Source: Craspedostauros australis
Taxonomy: Eukaryota
Direction of reading: 5' to 3'
DNA length: 50,926 nt
Assembly: GCA_030167865.1 (NCBI GenBank)
Contig: JALAGF010004709.1
Span: 1 to 50,926, forward strand
In this document: piece by piece, positions 35,933 through 46,277 of the stretch
How the letters are laid out: the number at the start of each line of letters is the position of its first letter
Position numbering within the stretch: the stretch's first letter is position 1
Position numbers and translations under genes: made by a program
Notes under the pieces: generated by a model
Database searches by the model: none
What the model was told of the DNA's origin: nothing
Seen by the model: the letters and a program-made list of their open reading frames with translations, nothing else

Positions 35933-38143
35933 CTATTCTTCCTCCGTTTCGATGGCATTCTGGAGCTGGAAGAATGCATCTGATGGCTCAGGGAGTTCGA
36001 GGTCTGGTCCACGCTCCTTCTTGAACTTCAGATACTCCTTCAGACTCAAACCTGCTCGCTGGCAAAAACCTTCATCCGTGGCGGAACATATGACAGTGAA
36101 TGTTGGGTGAAACGAGGGATTATACGACTGCACAAAATACCATCGCGGCAATAGTCGATTTCTCAGCGATGCAGCCATCCTGGATACAGACACTGCCGCC
36201 TTACCTCGCTGGATTATCTTCCAATCGTCCGACAGCAGCACATAGCCGGTTCGGTTGAAGAACTCGAGCGTGGGCTTGACGTTGCCTTCCAGGCTCATAC
36301 CAAGAATGGAAGGGGCTTGACGCAAGTTGAGAATCAATGATTCTTCTCCCCACACATGACTGATGAAATCGACTTTGGGCTGAACGTTTGTCGAGAGATC
36401 AAAACAGAAGTTGCTTGGCGCATTAGTGAGAATATGTGTTCCAAGCGACTTCTGTTTGTTCCCACTTTTGTTGTTGTTTGGTGTGCTGGAAGCCCAGCGC
36501 GCATTGTGGCGTGCTTCGATGTCATCAAAGAACGCCATCCTGGACTGCACAGTCTCCATAGCTTGCATCAGCAGACCTGGCATCTTCATGACGCACCGTT
36601 TCAATTCCTCTTCATTCAAGATGGTTTGCAGAAAGTCCAACATTGGTTTGACGTTGCCTTCTGAGGACAAGGTCAGCAAAGGCCCACCACCTTTGTTTAT
36701 GAACACTGTGAATTCCGTTTCATTCAGGTTCAATCTTTGCATGAGGTACTCAACGCGTGGCTTCAAAGCTGCGTCGACGTTCAAAGAGAACGTATTTGGT
36801 TGGCGTTTGATCATCTTTTCGATGATGGTGGATGGCGTCTTCTTTCGTTTCGCCAACCATTCCTCATCCATTAACGATGCCAAGTACGTCATAGCCGCTT
36901 TGATTCTAGCTGTCAATTCGGCGGACATGGCCAGCCTGGAACCTGCCAGCCTTTTTATGGCTGTCGAAGACATGCCCCAGTCATCGCAGAGATACTGTGC
37001 CAGCTCTTTCTGGGAAATTTCAGAGTGGTAGGCTTCCATTTTCGACATCCAAAGCTGAGGATCATCTTCCATCTGTTGCTGGAATGCTTCCTTGCCCATT
37101 GTGTTGATGAAATGCTCTGATGTAGGTGCAAGGAACGTGGCCACGTCCTTTCTGACGACTCGAGGCGATACCTGGACGATCTTCTTGGCAGTCGACGGAG
37201 GACAGATGGATGAAAGGAAGTCAAGCACTTCTGTCACTTGCTCCGTGGATACGGATGTCTCACGGCGCATTCCCTGCAGATAGTCCGTTGCCTGCGCAAA
37301 ACCATCTAGTTGAGCCTCTTCGAGCGCATCACTGCTCGTTGGATCAGAGGTAGAGTTCTGGGCGCCAGCAAAATGGCAGATGATGACTTCCATGCACTGT
37401 GTGACAAACTCCTTTTCTTTCACCATCTTCACATTCACAGATGATAGGAGATCCGGCTTCTGCTCGATGGCTTGTTGGAATGTTTCGTTGTCCATCAAGG
37501 CAATCAGACGTTGGTATTTGGGGATGAGCACTGTTGTGACGTCGTTCCTGAATATGCGAGGTGATACCTGGATGATTTTCTTGACAGTCGATGGAGGACA
37601 GATGGATGAAAGGAAGTCAAGCACTTCTGTCATTTGCCTTTCGGACATATCATCCTGGGATTGGTAGATGTAGGACCTTGTTTTCTGCCAGTCTTTAGCG
37701 GAGTCCAGTTCCACAGAGCCATTGTTGCTGCTTGCGCTCTCAAGGTAAGATTTGATGGTGTGCATCAATCTGCCGGCTTCACTGATTGGTTTGCGTGATG
37801 CTGCATGCGCACTTGATGCCTTCTTTTGCTGTTCTCCCTTCCCTTTCTTCGTCGAAGCGTCTCCGTTCGATGTTGATGTTGATGCTGTTGATGCCGTTGT
37901 TCGTGTTTTGCGCTTTGCTTTCGGTTTTGCGCTCGCTGATGATGACGATGCGGACGATGCCAACAGCAGCAGGGTTGGCGATGGAGCGCGGCTGCCGCGA
38001 CATGACTGCCTCCACCGACAGCCACGTTGGGACTCCCATTGTGCAGATATCCTCTGTGCACAAAAGGCGGAAGATGGTGTGCTTTGGATGAGCACTGCCA
38101 CTGATATGCACGAAGCTACGAAGATGATGTGATGCGCCGCCAT
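35933..38143 (-). CDS. mTERF-repeat protein, probably plastid-targeted
   Basis: Repeated units PxxL(S/G)xSxExNVKPxLxF(L/F), e.g. PSILGMSLEGNVKPTLEFF, PLLTLSSEGNVKPMLDFL and PNTFSLNVDAALKPRVEYL. C-terminal SLRNRLLPRW and ICSATDEGFC. Signal peptide followed by SSAF. Confidence 0.85.
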   Translation of the reverse strand: MAAHHIIFVASCISVAVLIQSTPSSAFCAQRISAQWESQRGCRWRQSCRGSRAPSPTLLLLASSASSSSASAKPKAKRKTRTTASTASTSTSNGDASTKKGKGEQQKKASSAHAASRKPISEAGRLMHTIKSYLESASSNNGSVELDSAKDWQKTRSYIYQSQDDMSERQMTEVLDFLSSICPPSTVKKIIQVSPRIFRNDVTTVLIPKYQRLIALMDNETFQQAIEQKPDLLSSVNVKMVKEKEFVTQCMEVIICHFAGAQNSTSDPTSSDALEEAQLDGFAQATDYLQGMRRETSVSTEQVTEVLDFLSSICPPSTAKKIVQVSPRVVRKDVATFLAPTSEHFINTMGKEAFQQQMEDDPQLWMSKMEAYHSEISQKELAQYLCDDWGMSSTAIKRLAGSRLAMSAELTARIKAAMTYLASLMDEEWLAKRKKTPSTIIEKMIKRQPNTFSLNVDAALKPRVEYLMQRLNLNETEFTVFINKGGGPLLTLSSEGNVKPMLDFLQTILNEEELKRCVMKMPGLLMQAMETVQSRMAFFDDIEARHNARWASSTPNNNKSGNKQKSLGTHILTNAPSNFCFDLSTNVQPKVDFISHVWGEESLILNLRQAPSILGMSLEGNVKPTLEFFNRTGYVLLSDDWKIIQRGKAAVSVSRMAASLRNRLLPRWYFVQSYNPSFHPTFTVICSATDEGFCQRAGLSLKEYLKFKKERGPDLELPEPSDAFFQLQNAIETEEE
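37161..37636. repeat. Intragenic direct repeat in the mTERF gene (37161-37240 vs 37557-37636)
   Basis: 80-nt copies with 6 mismatches, offset 396 nt (132 codons). Confidence 0.9.
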
Positions 38144-38835
38144 GGCACTACTAAGTTATGTTGATGGAAGTAGTAGTACGGATTGATGGGATGGTGTCGA
38201 CGGTATCAGCGATGGCGATTGCGATCTTCTTTCTCGAAGCTTTCTGGTTGCATTTGCTCGTACGTGCACTCCACCCGCTAACAAAGGAGTGTCTGGTGTG
38301 TGCATGCGGAACCACGCACACATGCCACACGAATACGATCTACCAACACGATCACAAAGATGGCGCGATGTTGAGTGACGAGAAAATGTTGTGGTTCTGG
38401 GCGCGTTGTTGACAGTGACACGAAACAGGACTCACTGGTGATTGAAAATGGATCCAGGTTGTGATTGAGTCTGACTGGTCCATTGCGTGAGTAGCGGAGT
38501 TGCGGAACAAACCAAGAGAGATGACGCGAAGAAAGACACGATGGAATACAAGACAGACAGACTGACTGACTGACTGAGCTTGATCCAAACAGACATACAC
38601 GAATATTGTTGCAGACAGTTGAAATGTCTGTGTTCGATTGTCTGTACGCCGTGCGTTTGATTAGGGTAAGGTTGAAAACATGAAGACTGGTGGGGGCGTT
38701 GATTTGCAGGTTTAGTTTCCGTGGTATCATCAACGTATGAGCTACTTTCTTGTATTGCTGTCTGCACTGCTCCTTTCTGTTGGTTTCTACTGCTGTCTCT
38801 GCAGTCTCTCTGTGTAGATCCGCCACTCTGCTGAT

Positions 38836-38861
38836 CTCTCTCTCTCTCTCTCTCTCTCTCT
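38836..38861. repeat. (CT)n dinucleotide microsatellite
   Basis: Directly visible in the sequence. Confidence 0.85.
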
Positions 38862-39417
38862 TGTCTTCCGGGTTCTGGTTGGAATCGTACGTAGCATACA
38901 CAATAACATCTTGTGTGATACATCTGTGATACTGTTTCTGCACTGCACATGTCCAGATTGTGATCTACATCTTGTTGCAGCATTCAGCATCCAAGTGTGC
39001 ACACACATACAGCCGGAGGTGAACTCCTCCATGAGCACGTACGATTGGGAGGAGAGAGAGAGTGGAAGTGTTTGTCATTTGGTAGGTACCGACACATATT
39101 TAGTGTGTCCGTCAGACGTTCCGAGTGTTGCCTTCCGTCTGTCCTTGGTCAGGCTGTCTACATCATGCCAAATCTGGACGTGGTCGACAATCACAGCTGC
39201 GCAAAACACGCACACACACCCAAAAAGAACAAGAAACAACAGTGTTCCGGCATCTCCGTTCAACACATGAATACGCGCATACGACTACGCATGTACGATC
39301 TGATCTGCGCCAAACGCATCCATCCACACACAACAAACAAAAACGAGGGCAAGTCGTCTTACTTGGCCAAGTTCCATCGCATGAGCGCTCTATCAGCAGC
39401 AGCAGCAGCATTAGAAG

Positions 39418-40725
39418 TTACGAAGTGGGCGTGATGATGTCCCTCTTGAATCCTGGGCGTGGCACGGCCTCGATCCAGTGCAGGATGGGCCGGGTTGGAT
39501 AGAAGTTCACCACGTCAAAGCCGGCTCGAGCGAGGAGATCGATCCATTGGGATGGTGTTCGTTCCTTCGCCATCAGGGTGGTCTGCATGAGCATATCCAT
39601 CTTCGTCTTGATGGAGGGCGTTGGCACTTCGCTGCGCTCAGGAATGGCAACTTCGCCCACGACCAGCGTGGCATTCTTTCCGCGCATGGCATCGTACAGA
39701 TTATTCAGGATCACCAAGCAGTCAGCATCGCCCCAATCGTGAAGGATGAAGCGGAGGGAGTAGGCGTCGCCGTCCTGCGCCATGGGGAGAGAGCCGCTCT
39801 GGAAGAAGTCCCCGCCAACCATCTCGACGCGATCGGCATTTTCGCCGTACTCGGACCGCCAGAGTGCCTTCGCGTTCTCGATGACCTTCAGTTTATCAAA
39901 GAGGACCCCCTTGGTCGTTGGGTACTCCTCGAGGATCTTGTGCAGCTGGTGGCCAAGAGACCCTGCGACGTCAAGGACCCGGTCGTACTTGCCGAATGGG
40001 CCGTCCCTGACCATCGCGATGCCGCCGATGCCCTCAAGTGCGAACATCGCGCGGCCGAACTGTTCCTCTTGCTTTGGTTTGAGACTGTACATGCCCCAAA
40101 TGCCGCCCTCGGATCTTGGGTACTCCGGCCATGCCAAGTCCCACGGGGTGGATGTTTTGCCTTCTGGGCCAAAGAGCTTGTGGAAGTGAGTCCACGCTGG
40201 GAAGCAGTCCTCCGCCTGGAGTCCCAGCATGGCGCGCATGCTGTGTGGACCATCGGATCGCAGAGTGGCGGAAAGAGCCGTGTTGACGAAGCGTGGCTTC
40301 TCAGGATCTGGCGAGGCCGAGTCGAGCTGCGTCATGCCGTGCGAGGCCAGGCTGTACATGAGACGTTCCACACGAAGGACGTCGTACTCGGTCTCCATGT
40401 GAGCGGCAATCTCCTCGACTGTTTTCGGACCAGTCGCCAGGAAATCCGAGATCTCGAATTTGTGGCACACGTACGCCAGCATGGTCTCCTGATATCGCAA
40501 GGAGATATCGAACATGGTGATTGGTGGCGGGACGAGGGCGTCGCCCATGCGATGAAACAATTGCGAGAGCCATCCCAAGCAGTTGAACACGAGGACGGGT
40601 GGCGGTTGCGACCAATCAGACAGCAGCGCATCTTCGTTGTGTGCACGGGGGAACAGCGCGATGGCAAGGGCGGCGCCTCCGACTGCGGCAGCCACGAGCA
40701 GCTTGGTCTTGATGGTGGGCACCAT
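39418..40725 (-). CDS. SAM-dependent class II O-methyltransferase (Methyltransf_2 + dimerisation domain) with N-terminal hydrophobic anchor
   Basis: Winged-helix-type GPKTVEEIA...RVERLMYSL; SAM motif LDVAGSLGH; GVLFD; VGGDFF; RFILHDW (catalytic His); KERTPSQWIDLLARAGF. Intronless. Confidence 0.9.
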   Translation of the reverse strand: MVPTIKTKLLVAAAVGGAALAIALFPRAHNEDALLSDWSQPPPVLVFNCLGWLSQLFHRMGDALVPPPITMFDISLRYQETMLAYVCHKFEISDFLATGPKTVEEIAAHMETEYDVLRVERLMYSLASHGMTQLDSASPDPEKPRFVNTALSATLRSDGPHSMRAMLGLQAEDCFPAWTHFHKLFGPEGKTSTPWDLAWPEYPRSEGGIWGMYSLKPKQEEQFGRAMFALEGIGGIAMVRDGPFGKYDRVLDVAGSLGHQLHKILEEYPTTKGVLFDKLKVIENAKALWRSEYGENADRVEMVGGDFFQSGSLPMAQDGDAYSLRFILHDWGDADCLVILNNLYDAMRGKNATLVVGEVAIPERSEVPTPSIKTKMDMLMQTTLMAKERTPSQWIDLLARAGFDVVNFYPTRPILHWIEAVPRPGFKRDIITPTS

Positions 40726-42206
40726 GGCAATGCTACCGATCTATCGGAATGAACGGGTGGATGGGCTGATGTTCGAGGGACTGCGCGCACGTGTCGTCCA
40801 AGTGCTTGACGAAGTGTGGGAGTGCACACGTATGATGGATAACTGGATGGCGGTCGATATCTGAGTTTATGATGATGGTGAGGACGAGCAAGGCATGGTG
40901 ACGATCGCTGACGGCCTGATGAAGCCAAACAACGGCAGTCGTACGAGGACCAGTAACAGCAGCAACACAACACAACACAACAAACAAAAAGGAAGAGCGA
41001 TGGTGACGATTTCGGCAAAGTTCAACGAACAAAGGGACATCAGCAGAAACGTCAGCACAACCAATGCCCGTCAGCACACTTCCATCTCTGCCCCAACTGC
41101 CGAAGAAATCAATGCGCACACACATCAAGACCAGCCACGACGTCAGTCATTACTTGCAATTTCGCAAGATGAACAACTTGTGTACTCTCCACCAACGTCA
41201 ACGACGCGCTCTGATGCATCGTTCGCGACGAACTTCGTTGGATGCGAATTGATTGCAGTGAAGGTTAGGCACCCTTGTCTTCGTGATCGTCCAGGTACTG
41301 TCTGACACCAAAGCGAAGGGATGCTTAACCGAATGGAAATGAAATACGCGCACGCATGCAATTGTGAAAGTCACGGCTGGGCACTGTCACGGAACTTAAG
41401 ATTCAAGATACGCATGACACAAGTGGATTGGCATGATCCCCACAGAGTTGTGGAGGCGCGATGCGAGTGAGTGCACTGTGCAAGGTGAAAAGCTGCTCGT
41501 CTCTTCAAGTAGACTTCGTCTAACCGCAGTGTAGACATGACGGTTTTCATGCGCTCTTCACCTCTCTTCGCGGGCGCCCTTGAGTAGTCTCCCCATGTGT
41601 TCCTCTCGCTCGTAGTTGAACAGCACCAGTCTCTCTCTCTCCAGACAGGCAGAGACCGGAGATTGCAACAACATGATTACCGACATGTCCGGGTTACCAT
41701 TATCCGACGACAAATCGCCCACACGCACTCGCAAGAATGCCGTTCGCTCAGAAGAGACTATGTAAGTCAGAACGAAGGTATCTTTCGGCATCCGTTGTTG
41801 GGCAGCGTTGTGCCCAAAGAGGCATCAACGACGTTGTGGAGTTTGTGTCGCAGAAAAGATACAAATCGTTTTGATTGGACCAGGAATACGAGATCTTCAG
41901 CTTTGCGCTTCCCATCACGATGATGAGAACAGTTGGCAGATCACCTCGCACAGAGCACGCGCAAACCAGTGACAGGCAAACGACAAAGCGGGGAAGCCAT
42001 CACTCTCTGTGCTGCTCTCTGGGGGCCGCCGACGAAGAGGCTGCCCGAAGAATCCCGAATCTTTGCCTGCAACCGCACCATCACCGACTGTCACCTGCGA
42101 TCGCAAACAAGACATCGACGACAACTGACAACAACAACATCAACCATCTTCCCACATCCCAAGCCAAGCCAAGCGGTGTGCAAGTCAAATCCTTCCTAAC
42201 CGCATC

Positions 42207-43648
42207 ATGAAGCTCCTCAGCATCCACCTTGTACCTCTGCTCTTCGCTGCTACCACCCACGCAGCTTTCGTGCCATCAAAGACCGTGGGCAGCGCAACCG
42301 CCCGATCCAACCCAACCTTCCTCGATGCGAAGACCCGCGGAGAGGGATATGGCCCTCCAGTGAACGATATCTCCGAGACCATTGGAAACACACCCATGGT
42401 CAAGATCTCCGACCGCATCGCTCCCGAGGGTCGCACCATCTACGCCAAGTGCGAGTTCTTCAACCCTCTCTCGTCCGTCAAGGATCGTCTGGCTCTGTCC
42501 ATCATCGAAACGGCCGAGAAGGAAGGCAAGCTCAAGCCAGGCGATACAGTCGTCGAGGCCACCTCCGGTAATACCGGAATCGCCGTCGCCATGATGTGTG
42601 CTCAACGCGGATATGACTGCGTCATCACCATGGCCGAGCCATTCTCTGTGGAACGTCGCAAGCTGATGCGCATGTTGGGTGCCAAGGTCATCATCACGCC
42701 AAAGGCAGGGAAAGCAGCCGGCATGGTGGTCAAGGCGTCCGAGCTCGCCGAGGAGCACGGGTGGTTCCTGTGCCATCAGTTCGAGACCGACGCCAACTGG
42801 AAGTTCCACGAAGCCACGACGGGACCAGAGATCCTCAACGACATGGGCGATACCAAGCTGGACTACTGGGTGACCGGTTATGGAACTGGCGGCACCTACC
42901 ATGGTGCTGCCAAGTATATCAAGGCCAACTCTCCCGACACCAAGGTCGTGCTCGCTGAACCCGCCGCCGCCAACCTGCTGGCCTCCGGCATCGCCACGGA
43001 ACGCAACGACGATGGCAGCCCAGCGGCGTCCCACCCAGCCTTCAGCGCCCATCCAATCCAGGTGAGTATTTGAAGCTCCGTAGCTGAAGATCGCAGCGCA
43101 TGAGTATTGCGAGCGTTGCCGGTCATCGTGTTCTTCTGAGAGTGCTTCATGTGCGCAAGTGTGCGCTGTTACCTCGCATGGTCTTGCATGAACAGCGCCT
43201 CATCCGATTCCATTCTTGCTGCATCGTCGTCCATCCATTCATAACACCTCGCGACGACAAAATCCAACACAAACATGAATGCAAATTCAAATAAACACAT
43301 CGCCGACAACAGGGATGGACTCCAGACTTCATCCCGCTCGTCTTGGAGAAGGGGGAAGCGCTGGAATTGAGAGACGAGTACGTTGAGATTCCGGACGGCG
43401 TGGCCGTCGAGATGGCACAGTCATTGGCGAAGAACGAAGGCATCCTCACGGGTATTTCCGGCGGAGCTACCATGTGGGCAGCCGTCGAGACCGCCAAGAA
43501 GGCGCCGGAGGGCAGTGTTCTGGTGGCCATGCTCCCAGACACTGGTGAGAGATACTTGTCGACGCCTCTTTTCGCCAGCATCGATGCCGACATGGATGAA
43601 GAAGAATTGAAGATCGCCAAGTCCACTCCGAGCTACATCCTGGAGTAA
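42207..43648 (+). CDS. cysK: Cysteine synthase (O-acetylserine(thiol)lyase), plastid-type presequence; exons 42207..43061, 43313..43648
   Basis: Motifs IGNTPMV, PLP-lysine NPLSSVKDR, EATSGNTG, GYGTGGT, GISGGA and LPDTGERYLST. Intron 43062-43312 (GTGAGT...CAG) joins HPIQ|GWTPDFIP. Signal peptide followed by HAA-F. Confidence 0.95.
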
Positions 43649-44310
43649 ACCGCGTGAAATTGATGCAAGTATGGTGCGCAAGGACTCTGAAGTCGTCGAC
43701 TATCCGATAATGCGCTGGAGGCGTATTAGTAGGGGCGTTGAGGAAGAGCAGTTGCTGCTCCTCTACAATTAGCCGTATATAATACCTTTCTTTCCATTTG
43801 ACCTCTCGACTCATCGGTAATCTCTTGCTTCGGCCATCGCCTTGCTGCAGACGTTGATGCCAGGCATGAGCTATGCCTTGTTCACATATCGATCTCAATA
43901 CTACTTGTACTATTAGGATGCGTGAGACATCATGGCGGATCTTGCAGCTATCGATGATTGGTGGGTGAGAGAGTGTATGTGCGAGGACGCGTATCTGTGC
44001 GAGATCTTCGGCTATGCGCTACGGATCGGCGAAGTTAAGGTGTCCTCACCAGCAAGTTCTAATCGCGCGACTGTTCTCACAACCTTTGGCGCCAGCGAAA
44101 CTGAAATGGTTCGGCCTTCCACCAACAACCAACGAGCAGGAACAAGACCTGTGAGCAATGAGGAGATCCTGAGACAGTCGCAACACAACAGCCAAATCCA
44201 AGAATAAGAACCAACAAGCACACAGTTTCAACGAATTAGAACAACACCAGCAGCAAGATCAATATTCTATAATAGAATACGTAATAATAGAACACCATTC
44301 CACTACTATC

Positions 44311-45748
44311 ATGACGATGTTTCGAAACAGATTGATTGCGCGGCGGCTGCAGCAGCTCACCACCAAAACGATCGCTCGCTCGCTGGTCGGCACAAACGCA
44401 CGTACTTTCTCCGCCGCTCGCGGAGCTGGTTACGGCAGCGTGGTCAATGACATCACGGAGACCATCGGAAACACACCCATGGTCAAGATCTCCGACCGCA
44501 TCGCTCCCGAGGGTCGCACCATCTACGCCAAGTGCGAGTTCTTCAACCCACTCTCGTCCGTCAAGGATCGTCTGGCTCTGTCCATCATCGAAACGGCTGA
44601 GAAGGAAGGCAAGCTCAAGCCCGGTGACACCGTGATTGAGGCCACCTCCGGCAATACCGGAATCGCCGTCGCCATGATGTGTGCCCAACGCGGATATGAC
44701 TGCGTCATCACCATGGCCGAACCATTCTCCGTGGAACGTCGCAAGCTGATGCGCATGTTGGGCGCCAAGGTCATCATCACACCGAAGGCCGACAAGGCAA
44801 CAGGCATGGCCGCCAAGGCCGCGGAGCTTGCTGAGAAGCACGGGTGGTTCCTGTGCCATCAGTTCGAGACCGACGCCAACTGGAAGTTCCACGAAGCCAC
44901 GACGGGACCAGAGATCCTCAACGATATGGGCGATATCAAGCTGGATTACTGGGTGACGGGTTACGGAACTGGTGGCACCTACCATGGTGCTGGCAAGTAT
45001 ATCAAGGCCAACTCTCCCGACACCAAGATCGTTCTCTCAGAGCCGGAGGCTGCCAACTTGCTGGCCTCCGGCATCGCCACGGAACGCAACGACGATGGCA
45101 GTCCCAAGGCGTCGCATCCTGCATTCAGCCCGCATCCGATTCAGGCAAGTTGCCCTTGCGGGCCCGTTCAGCTGCGAGCGCAGTGTGTTGCCCGTGCGGT
45201 GTGCATTGATTTCAATTCGTATTGCTTCACTGAATCAGCATCATGGTGCTGCAGGTACGACTTGATGGCAGTCCATTATGCACAATGATCTCACACTCTG
45301 CAATGCATGTCCCTGAGCACATGACATACAACTCTGACGTACTCTCCTTTACTCTACTCTACTCTACGTCACTCCACCCTCCTTTATTGTTTGGTTGCGT
45401 TCCATACGACAGGGATGGACGCCCGACTTCATCCCGCTCGTGCTGGAACAAGGCGAGGCACTGGGCCTTAAGGATGACTACGTCGCCATTCCGGATGGCG
45501 CGGCAGTCGAGATGGCACAGTCGCTGGCAAAGAACGAGGGCATCCTGACGGGAATCTCCGGAGGCGGCACCATGTGGGCGGCCGTGGAGGTCGCCAAGAA
45601 GGCACCCGAAGGCAGCGTGATCGCCACGATGCTGCCCGACACTGGCGAGAGGTACCTGTCCACGCCGCTGTTTGCCGACATCGATGCCGACATGAATGAA
45701 GAGGAGATGGCGATCTCCAAGTCCAGCCCGGGATACATCTTGGAGTAA
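44311..45748 (+). CDS. cysK: Cysteine synthase, second tandem copy, mitochondrial-type presequence; exons 44311..45144, 45413..45748 (GC-AG intron)
   Basis: Same motifs as copy 1. Intron 45145-45412 sits at the identical position but starts GCAAGT and ends CAG. N-terminus MTMFRNRLIARRLQQLTTKTIARSLVGTNARTFS is Arg-rich with no acidic residues. Confidence 0.93.
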
Positions 45749-46277
45749 TTGTTGCGTATTGCACGTACATGGCAAAGCAATAGCAGCGGAAGCAGTCACA
45801 CGGGCTGGCTACTGGAGCCCACAGGTCATGACCGGACACTTAATTTCTCTCCCTCTCTAGCTTCGACTTCATATACTAATCTGACAACAAGATTGTGTCA
45901 ATTTGGTCAGTTTAGTCAATTGTATCACACGAGTCGATGTCACCGTGGGCGACAAGGTGTTCTCATTGGCCGAAGCTTGGATTGTTGAGCCTGGCGCGCG
46001 CCGCGGCGGAAACAACAGCAAGGACTGCCGCCGCGCCCAAAATCGGGAGACGAAGCAGCCAGGTGCTTCCCACCAAAAGAGCAAAGTGATGCCGTTGGGT
46101 TGGCAGAGAGAAGGATCCATAAAAAGATCAGAGTGCAAACAGGGGACTCGGACATCCATACCGACAACGACACCAACGAGGACAGTCGGAGAAGAGGCAT
46201 CGGAGGGAACCCATTCACATCCGCACCCACCCTCAAGAACACCAACCAACCAAGCAGACAAGACGGACGACCAAATC

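Noticed and set aside
39418-40725. Methyltransferase next to cysteine synthases as the DMSP-synthesis enzyme DSYB/DsyB
   Set aside because: Same broad family, but it has the ILHDW catalytic motif of ordinary O-methyltransferases and none of the DsyB-type motifs as I recall them (e.g. QHAGSLGP, MSYL). A phylogeny would be needed to claim it.
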